From positions 1-40,560 of the IMG/VR virus record IMGVR_UViG_3300037461_000186: a DNA stretch of 40,560 nt; one strand, given 5' to 3'. Shown here one piece after another: positions 34,307 to 40,560 of the stretch. The notes beneath the pieces are model-generated. The model was not told the DNA's origin. It worked only from the letters and a program-made list of their open reading frames with translations, and searched no databases. Position 1 is the first letter of the stretch. The number at the start of each line of letters is the position of its first letter. The position numbers and the translations under genes were made by a program. The stretch is from a virus (Duplodnaviria > Caudoviricetes).

Positions 34307-34512
34307 AGCGGCTGATCCAGTTCTTCGAGTACAAGCACCTGCCCCCGAACTTGCAGGAGGTCAGCAAGCCGTTCGCCCAGATGGCGCAGGTGCTCATGGC
34401 GAAGCTGCCCGAGAACGCGGAGAGCACTGTGGCGATGAGGAAGCTGCTGGAGGCGAAGGACTGTGCGGTGCGTGCGGTGCTCTACAAGGAGGAGCGTGAT
34501 GGCTTCGCGTAG
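34303..34512 (+). CDS. Conserved small phage helical-hairpin protein, possible Acb2/Tad1-like nucleotide sponge
   Basis: QFFEYKHLPPNLQEVSKPF...PENAESTVAMRKLLEAKDCAVRA. Confidence 0.5.
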   Translation: MKRLIQFFEYKHLPPNLQEVSKPFAQMAQVLMAKLPENAESTVAMRKLLEAKDCAVRAVLYKEERDGFA

Positions 34513-35389
34513 GCTGTGGCTGTTCGGACTGGCTTTGCTGCTGTGCCTGCCGCTGATCGGGAGCGGGCAGAGCATCAACTACTACCCGGCGGGTGGGGCT
34601 CCAACCACGACAGGAGGCAGCAGCTTCTTCGCTGGCGGGATCTCGCTAGGGAACACGTTGGCGAGCCCCTACGCCAACCTGTACGGGGACGCCGCCAACA
34701 CTCTCGCCCTGCGGAATGGGGCGAATGCCCAGACGCTGAACGTGTACAACACGTTCACGGACGCCGGCAACTACGAGAGGGCCGAGCACATCTGGTCTAG
34801 CAACATCTACAGAATCGTTACTTCCAAGGCTGGAACTGGAACCACTCGGAGCCTGTGGCTTGGCACGGACGGGACTGGAAGATGGGGTATCGAAGCTAGC
34901 ACAAATGCTTTTTACCCTCTGGCAAACGATATCTACGACCTCGGGTATGGTCCGGCCACGATGAGTGGGCCGAGGAACTTCTTTGTAAACCGCTCCACCC
35001 AAGGCTCCAAGACCAAGGCCCTGACCGAGGGAGCAGCCACAGCCGTCACGCAGATCGCGGTGCCGCAGACGGCCGGCTCGAACTTCGCCGACGCCACCAT
35101 CGAGTGGGTCGTCTACGCCAGCGACGGCACGGACTCGCAGACCCTCAAGGGCTCCAGCTACCTGACCGCCGTCAACAAGGCCGGGACGGAGACTTGCACG
35201 GTGGGCGCGGTGGGCACGGCCATCAACGCCGTCTCGGCGGGCACGCTGACCTGCACGGCCTCCTGCGTCACGGGCCTGACCGATGTGGTCCAGTTCGCGC
35301 TCAACTGCACCTCGTCTCTGACACAGACGACGCTGAACGCGCTGGCCCGCCTCGACATGATGCAGCCCAACACCGTCACGCCGCAGTAA
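34499..35389 (+). CDS. Signal-peptide-bearing, tail-fibre-like protein
   Basis: Signal MASRRLWLFGLALLLCLPLIGSG|Q; LYGDAANTLALRNGANAQTLNVYNTFTD..NYER and FYPLANDIYDLG fibre-like motifs. Confidence 0.6.
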   Translation: MASRRLWLFGLALLLCLPLIGSGQSINYYPAGGAPTTTGGSSFFAGGISLGNTLASPYANLYGDAANTLALRNGANAQTLNVYNTFTDAGNYERAEHIWSSNIYRIVTSKAGTGTTRSLWLGTDGTGRWGIEASTNAFYPLANDIYDLGYGPATMSGPRNFFVNRSTQGSKTKALTEGAATAVTQIAVPQTAGSNFADATIEWVVYASDGTDSQTLKGSSYLTAVNKAGTETCTVGAVGTAINAVSAGTLTCTASCVTGLTDVVQFALNCTSSLTQTTLNALARLDMMQPNTVTPQ

Positions 35390-35404
35390 GGAAAGGAACC
35401 TCTC

Positions 35405-35803
35405 ATGCTGAAGAAGCTCGTGCTCGCGCTCGTCGTCGCCCTCCTCGCCTCCGCGGCCTCCGCGCAGACGGTCACATGCTCGGTGTCCGGCCTGAGCGCC
35501 AAGCAGACCGCGCTGCTCACCGACTTCCTCGCCTCCGTCAACGCGCAGCGTGCCGCGCAGACGCCGCCCCTGGCTCCGTTCGCCAACTTCTCTGCGTACT
35601 GCCAGAACCTCGTGGTCGGGGCCGTCCTCGACTACGTCCGGCAGCAGGAGCAGGTGAACGCCGCGAAGGTGGGGGCCGCCGCCACCGCCAACGGTGACCA
35701 GACCGCGCCGAACGCGCAATGCACGGCGGCCGGGCTCGCCAACGGCTGCACGAAGAATCAGGTGGCCTGCTTCGTCCTCACGGGGAACGTGACCTGTAAC
35801 TAG
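35405..35803 (+). CDS. Secreted Cys-containing protein
   Basis: Signal MLKKLVLALVVALLASAASA|Q; 6 Cys. Confidence 0.7.
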   Translation: MLKKLVLALVVALLASAASAQTVTCSVSGLSAKQTALLTDFLASVNAQRAAQTPPLAPFANFSAYCQNLVVGAVLDYVRQQEQVNAAKVGAAATANGDQTAPNAQCTAAGLANGCTKNQVACFVLTGNVTCN

Positions 35804-35804
35804 G

Positions 35805-36290
35805 ATGCTCTACCTCGCCGCCGCCATCCTCGCGGGCATCGGCTCCACGCAGAACGTGGGAGAGCAGAGCCCCGCCTTCGTTCTGGCCGCTGACGCCCGT
35901 CGAGGTCCGGTCCAGGTCGAGGGCTGGCTGACCACGGCGGCGAAGCTGGAGAGCAAGGACGGCTGGTCTACCCGGCTCGGCGCGGATGTCTGGTCCGGGC
36001 CGCTGTCCATCGGCGCGCACTGGGTACACCGTGAGACGAGCCTGTGGCGCAAAGACCGGCTGCTCATCCGGGCCAGCGCAGCGCACGGCCCCCTCAGGCT
36101 ACTGTGCGAGGTCGCCCCGGACTCGCCCAACAGGGAAGTCAAGGGCGAGGTCCGCATCCGCTTCGCCGTCCCGGTGTTCGGAACGAAGCTCGTACTGGAG
36201 CCCCGCTACTTCGTGGAGTCGCACTCCCAGGTGGACATGACGGGCGAGTTCGGCTGGGGTGCGAGTCTGCTCGGAGGGATAGGCTGGTGA
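35805..36290 (+). CDS. Possible small outer-membrane beta-barrel protein
   Basis: Short hydrophobic N-terminus, alternating beta strands, C-terminal GWGASLLGGIGW ending in an aromatic residue. Confidence 0.4.
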   Translation: MLYLAAAILAGIGSTQNVGEQSPAFVLAADARRGPVQVEGWLTTAAKLESKDGWSTRLGADVWSGPLSIGAHWVHRETSLWRKDRLLIRASAAHGPLRLLCEVAPDSPNREVKGEVRIRFAVPVFGTKLVLEPRYFVESHSQVDMTGEFGWGASLLGGIGW

Positions 36291-36637
36291 GACGCAGGGA
36301 CGCCATCACGGCCATCCTCGCCGCCCTCCCGGCGCTGCTCCTCGCCCTGTCCGGCTGGATCAAGGCAGACGGTGAAGCCAAGGCCAAGGCCAAGGCATAC
36401 GACAGCTACGGCGAGTACGTCACGGAGCAGCTCGAGCGCGACGAGGCCCTACTGCGGGCGCTGCGGGACTGTCAGACGTTGCTCAAGAGCAAGCCCGCCC
36501 TGTGGTCGGCCTACATGATGGGCGTGGAGGTTCACACGTCCGGCCCGGTCGAAGGGATGCCGAAGCAGGACGACAGGCAGGCCCAGGTCGTACTCGATGA
36601 GATCGCCCGGCGTGAGGGCTGGGCAGGAGGTAAGTGA
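36287..36637 (+). CDS. Membrane-anchored helical protein (possibly i-spanin-like)
   Basis: GTGA-coupled; RRR followed by TM AITAILAALPALLLALSGWI and a helical domain. Confidence 0.45.
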   Translation: MRRRDAITAILAALPALLLALSGWIKADGEAKAKAKAYDSYGEYVTEQLERDEALLRALRDCQTLLKSKPALWSAYMMGVEVHTSGPVEGMPKQDDRQAQVVLDEIARREGWAGGK

Positions 36638-36999
36638 TGATCCGCAAGACCCTCGCGCTGGCCCTCGTGGCCGCGCTCCTCGCCGTCCCCGTGGTCGCGG
36701 AGGTGCTCGTCATCAGCATCAGCGCTACGGACGCCTCGGCTACCCGCGTCTTTCCCAAGCCGGTGAACTCCGTCCTCATCTGCAACTGGGGAGCCAACGA
36801 GGTGTTCTTCCGGCTCTTCACCGAAGTGGACACCACCGCAGCCGCGACCACCTCGAGCATCGAGCTCGTGGCTGGGACTGCGACCGCGCCCATCTGCATC
36901 AGCTACGACGTGACCGCCACGCAGCCGGGCCGCTTCGCCGCCATTTCGACCATCTGCAACTCGGGCGAGACGGCCACGGTCACGGTGCAGCTCAACTGA
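36634..36999 (+). CDS. Secreted beta-sandwich-like protein
   Basis: Signal MIRKTLALALVAALLAVPVVA|E. Confidence 0.65.
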   Translation: MMIRKTLALALVAALLAVPVVAEVLVISISATDASATRVFPKPVNSVLICNWGANEVFFRLFTEVDTTAAATTSSIELVAGTATAPICISYDVTATQPGRFAAISTICNSGETATVTVQLN

Positions 37000-37007
37000 G
37001 GTAGGCC

Positions 37008-37448
37008 ATGACCCTCGCGGACATGATCCGAGACTCGAGGCTGGCCCGGGCCATGTTCGGTGGCCGCTACGGGAGCGAGGACCCGCACGCCCTCGCGGTC
37101 CGGGTGGCCGGCGAACTCGGCTACCCGCAGCCCGGCGCCGAGGGCGACGAGGGCGAGGCTCAGCGGTACGCGGCCTCGAGGCTGGCCGCGCAGCGCCTGG
37201 GGCCGCTCCCGCTCATCACGAATCCGATCCACGAGGCGGCGCTGTCGTGGTTCGCGGAGGGCGAGGGCAGGCCGAGCATGAGGCGGCTCATGGCCGGCTA
37301 CCGCGGCGCCCTCGACGCGCTCGAGGCGCAGCCGGCGCCCGGCGTGGTGCGCGAGGGCTTCGGCCTCGGCACCGCGGATGCGATCCGGCCGGCGCAGCGT
37401 GAAGGAACGATCGAGGCCCTCCTGGCCTCGGTCATGGCAGGGAGGTAG
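37008..37448 (+). CDS. Hypothetical protein beginning with TLADMI
   Basis: 146-aa ORF with SD GAGGT. Confidence 0.6.
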   Translation: MTLADMIRDSRLARAMFGGRYGSEDPHALAVRVAGELGYPQPGAEGDEGEAQRYAASRLAAQRLGPLPLITNPIHEAALSWFAEGEGRPSMRRLMAGYRGALDALEAQPAPGVVREGFGLGTADAIRPAQREGTIEALLASVMAGR

Positions 37449-37451
37449 GAC

Positions 37452-37514
37452 ATGGGTTGTGGGAAGAAGGGCAGCATGGGGGCGAAGAAGAGCGGGGGGA
37501 AGGGCAAGCGGTAG
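37452..37514 (+). CDS. 20-aa Lys/Gly-rich micropeptide
   Basis: SD GGAGG at 37441; MGCGKKGSMGAKKSGGKGKR. Confidence 0.4.
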   Translation: MGCGKKGSMGAKKSGGKGKR

Positions 37515-37538
37515 ACCCCATAAAGGCCCGCCGACCTC

Positions 37539-38024
37539 ATGAAGACCTGTAAGGCCAAGTCGAAGAGTACGGGCAAGCAGTGCGCCCGGGCGCCGATCGC
37601 CGGGGGGGAGGTGTGCCGGGTTCACGGCGGCGCCGCCCCCCAGGTGAAGCGCAAGGCCGCGGAGCGGGTCCTCCTCGACCAGGCCATCGTGGCCTTCGGC
37701 CTCGACCGGGCGAAGGACCCCGACCGCCTACTGGCCGAGCTCGGCTGCATCGCCTACGTCAAGACCTCGGACCTGTACGACTCGGACGGCAGGATGCTTT
37801 CGGTCCAAGAGATCAGGGAGCGGGCGCCGCAGGCCGACGCCGCCATCGCCTCGCACGAGGTCGTCACAGGGAACGTGGACGCCGCGGACGGTAAGCGTGA
37901 CCGCCTGGTCAAGGTGAAGCTGCATGACAAGGCCCGCATCCTCGAGATGCTCGCCAAGCATCACAGCCTCTTCGAGGACAAGGTGAAGCACGAGGGCCGG
38001 ATCGAGATCGGCTGGATCAAGTGA
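37539..38024 (+). CDS. terS: Terminase small subunit with an N-terminal HGG-type Zn module
   Basis: CKAKSKSTGKQC...CRVHGGAAP; LAELGCIAY...DLYDSDG; KVKLHDKARILEMLAKH; directly upstream of TerL. Confidence 0.75.
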   Translation: MKTCKAKSKSTGKQCARAPIAGGEVCRVHGGAAPQVKRKAAERVLLDQAIVAFGLDRAKDPDRLLAELGCIAYVKTSDLYDSDGRMLSVQEIRERAPQADAAIASHEVVTGNVDAADGKRDRLVKVKLHDKARILEMLAKHHSLFEDKVKHEGRIEIGWIK

Positions 38025-39325
38025 GAGTCGAGATCCCCTACAAGCCGAGGCCGCTACAGCAGGAGGTCCACGATCTCCGCGAGCTCCATCGCTTCATGGT
38101 CCTCGTCTGTCACCGTCGGTTCGGCAAGACGGTGCTCGGCGTGAACGAGCTCCAGAAGAGCGCCTTTACCGCGGCCCTGCAGCGGCCGAGGACGGCCTAC
38201 ATCGGCCCGACGTACCGCCAGGCGAAGAGCGTGGCCTGGGACTACTGCCAGTACTACGCGAGGCCGATCCCGGGCATCACGGTGAACCAGAGCGAGCTCC
38301 GCATCGACTACCCCACGGGCGGGCAGATGCGCCTGTACGGCTCGGACAACCCGGACGCGCTCCGAGGCCTGTACCTCGACGACGTGGCGTTCGATGAGTA
38401 CGGGTTGCACCCGGCGAAGACCTACACCGAGGTCATCGCGCCGGCCCTTGTGGACCGCGGTGGCCGGGCGCTCTTCCTCGGGACTCCGAACGGGAAGAAC
38501 CAGTTCTGGGAGATCGCGCAGCACGCGAAGGCCCGCCAGGCCGCGGGCGACCCCGACTGGTGCTACCGCGAGTACCGCGCATCTGAGACGGGCATCCTCG
38601 ACTCGGCGTATCTCGCGCAGGCGAAGGCCGTGATGACGCCCGACGAGTACGCGCAGGAATTCGAGTGCTCATTCGAGGCCGCGGTGAAGGGCGCCATCTT
38701 CGCGAAGGAGCTCGAGGCCGCACGCGAGCAGGGCCGCATCTCCCGCGTCCCCTACGACCCGAGCCTGCCGGTGGACACCGACTGGGACCTCGGTATCGGG
38801 GACGCGATGGCGATCTGGTTCAGCCAGAGCCTGCGGAGCGGAGAGGTGCGGCTCATCGACTACCACGAGTCGAGCGGCGAGGGCTTCCCCTACTACGCGA
38901 AGGTGCTGCGGGAGCTGGGCTACAGCTACGGTCGGCACTGGGCGCCGCACGACATCCAAGTGCGGGAGCTCGGGAGCGGTCGGAGCCGCCTCGAGGTCGC
39001 GGCCGAGCACGGCATCCGCTTCGAGGTCACGCCCCGGCTGCACTCCACGGTGGCCGGCGAGGTGGAGGAGGGCATTCACGCAGCGCGGATGCTCTTCGCC
39101 CGTTGCTGGTTCGACGCGGAGAAGACGAAGGCCGGGGTCGAGGCTCTGATGCATTACAGGCGCGACTACAACGAACGGCTGCAGGAGTTCAAAGCGGTGC
39201 CCGTCAAAGACTGGGCCGGACACGCAGCCGATGCGTTTCGAGGGTTAGCGGTGCGGCACCAGACTCCGGTGGAGGCCAAGCGAGCGAAGGGGCCGCGGAT
39301 GCCCGCCGCCTGGAGCTGGTCGTGA
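38021..39325 (+). CDS. terL: Terminase large subunit
   Basis: YKPRPLQ, Walker A HRRFGKT, LRGLYLDDVAFDEY Walker B, GTPNGKN, QEFECSF, nuclease WDLGIGD, HAADAFR. Confidence 0.95.
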   Translation: MRVEIPYKPRPLQQEVHDLRELHRFMVLVCHRRFGKTVLGVNELQKSAFTAALQRPRTAYIGPTYRQAKSVAWDYCQYYARPIPGITVNQSELRIDYPTGGQMRLYGSDNPDALRGLYLDDVAFDEYGLHPAKTYTEVIAPALVDRGGRALFLGTPNGKNQFWEIAQHAKARQAAGDPDWCYREYRASETGILDSAYLAQAKAVMTPDEYAQEFECSFEAAVKGAIFAKELEAAREQGRISRVPYDPSLPVDTDWDLGIGDAMAIWFSQSLRSGEVRLIDYHESSGEGFPYYAKVLRELGYSYGRHWAPHDIQVRELGSGRSRLEVAAEHGIRFEVTPRLHSTVAGEVEEGIHAARMLFARCWFDAEKTKAGVEALMHYRRDYNERLQEFKAVPVKDWAGHAADAFRGLAVRHQTPVEAKRAKGPRMPAAWSWS

Positions 39326-40560
39326 CCGGGCGGCGCCGGCCTCTCGACGGTGGCGTGCATCTGCCGGTCGGGACCGACTGGCTCAGCGGCACGAGCGGAG
39401 GGGGCGGTGGTGGTATCGCCATCTCGGCCGGCGCCGCATCTCAGAGCACTGGCACGGTCATCTTCGCGAATTCCAACGGCGTGAGCTTCGGACTCAACGC
39501 CGGGACGCTGACGGCCAACACCGAGGTGCGCGGGGCGCCGCTCTACCATCTAGGCACGACGTTCCTGGGGAGTTCTTCCGCTGCGGCAGGGACCACGCAC
39601 GTCACGGAAAACAGCGTGTGGGTCGCCGGCGCTGTAACGATGACCGTGCAGACGCTCGATGTGGGTGGTGGGGGCACTAGCTATCTCTACCGGCCCTACT
39701 TGTTCGTGAAGCAAACGGTCAGCGGGTCGAATGGGAGTTTCAGCTACGAGAACGGGCTGACGTTCCAGAACTCGAATGGGGTTTCGTTCTACACGAGTAA
39801 CAGCGCGATCGTCGCCAGCCATAATGGGCTGACGACGGCCGCGCAGTCGGATCACTCCCATGGGAACCCTACGCTGAACCTGACGAACCTCGCTGGGACC
39901 ACCGCAAGCGGATCGGCCGGCTTCACGCTGTCGCTCTCGCACAACATCTCCACGGCGGCTCTGTCGAACCACACGCACGGCAACCCGACCCTTGCTCTGA
40001 CCAACCTCACCGGGACTACGGCCTCGGCGTCGAACGGGCTGACTCTGAGCCTGAGTGCCGCCGCGCAGGGGGCCGGAAGCGGCACGGGCCTGAACCTGAC
40101 CAACCTGACCGGGACGCTCTCCGCGAACACGGCAGGCGTGTCCCTGTCGCTCTCCGCTGCGGCTCCGGGGGCCGGCGGTGGATTCGCGGCTCAGGGCTCT
40201 GGGGCGTACACGCAGAACACCGGCACGATCCAGTTCGCCAACTCGAACGGGATCACGTTCGGGCTGTCGACGAACCAGATGACGGCCTCGCACAACGGGC
40301 TGACCACCGCGGCGCAGTCGAACCACTCGCATGGAAACCCGACGTTGGCCCTCACGAATCTCACGGGCACGACGGCGAGCTCCAGCAACGGGTTCACCCT
40401 GAGCCTGAGTGCGGCGGCGCCGGGTGGGGGGGCGGGGGCAACGCTGAGTTACTTTGAGCCCATCTGGGCTCAAAGTGGACGGGCCACCAACTCCTCGCTC
40501 GGCCAGAACACGCTCTACTTCCAGCCGTTCGATCTGCCTTTCTACCTGAGTGCCAGCCGG
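39322..40560 (+). CDS. N-terminal part of the origin-spanning S/T/N/G-rich repeat fibre protein, missed by the ORF track
   Basis: GTG overlaps the TerL stop and the frame is open to the window end. Repeats F.NSNG(V/I)(S/T)F (3x), H(S/T)HGNPTL.LTNL.GTTAS (3x) and SHNGLTTAAQS (2x). Confidence 0.85.
   Translation, partial: MTGRRRPLDGGVHLPVGTDWLSGTSGGGGGGIAISAGAASQSTGTVIFANSNGVSFGLNAGTLTANTEVRGAPLYHLGTTFLGSSSAAAGTTHVTENSVWVAGAVTMTVQTLDVGGGGTSYLYRPYLFVKQTVSGSNGSFSYENGLTFQNSNGVSFYTSNSAIVASHNGLTTAAQSDHSHGNPTLNLTNLAGTTASGSAGFTLSLSHNISTAALSNHTHGNPTLALTNLTGTTASASNGLTLSLSAAAQGAGSGTGLNLTNLTGTLSANTAGVSLSLSAAAPGAGGGFAAQGSGAYTQNTGTIQFANSNGITFGLSTNQMTASHNGLTTAAQSNHSHGNPTLALTNLTGTTASSSNGFTLSLSAAAPGGGAGATLSYFEPIWAQSGRATNSSLGQNTLYFQPFDLPFYLSASR
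40434..40560. repeat. Terminal direct repeat, right copy
   Basis: Identical to 1-127. Confidence 0.95.

Overview
The window is a complete, circularly assembled tailed-phage genome of about 40,433 bp. Bases 1-127 are repeated exactly at 40434-40560, consistent with an assembly overlap. It is GC-rich and P22/podovirus-like, and every credible gene is on the + strand. Gene order: terS, terL, an origin-spanning S/T/N/G-rich repeat fibre protein, glycosyltransferase, methyltransferase, portal, scaffold, a 746-aa insert, major capsid, decoration proteins, head-tail adaptor, a split gp10-like tail protein, ejection proteins and tailspike. An early region follows (SSB-like, NinB-like, two DNA methyltransferases, NinG-like, an array of repeat-bounded small genes), then a lysis and secreted-protein region. 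I see no integrase, CI repressor, DNA polymerase, primase, helicase or full-length replication initiator. The most striking unexplained signals are: (1) a ~430-nt, densely structured non-coding region at 27431-27865 between convergent promoter-like motifs and directly upstream of a DnaD-like mini-gene, resembling a ColE1 RNA I/RNA II RNA-primed origin; (2) a recurring promoter-like motif in which -35 and -10 hexamers are only 7-8 bp apart; (3) a short TL(G/A)D(L/M/I)(M/I) peptide shared by unrelated, probably head-packaged proteins; (4) a dual-frame C5 methyltransferase; (5) a cluster of signal-peptide-bearing, virion-like proteins. All calls come from manual motif recognition; no searches or folding programs were run.
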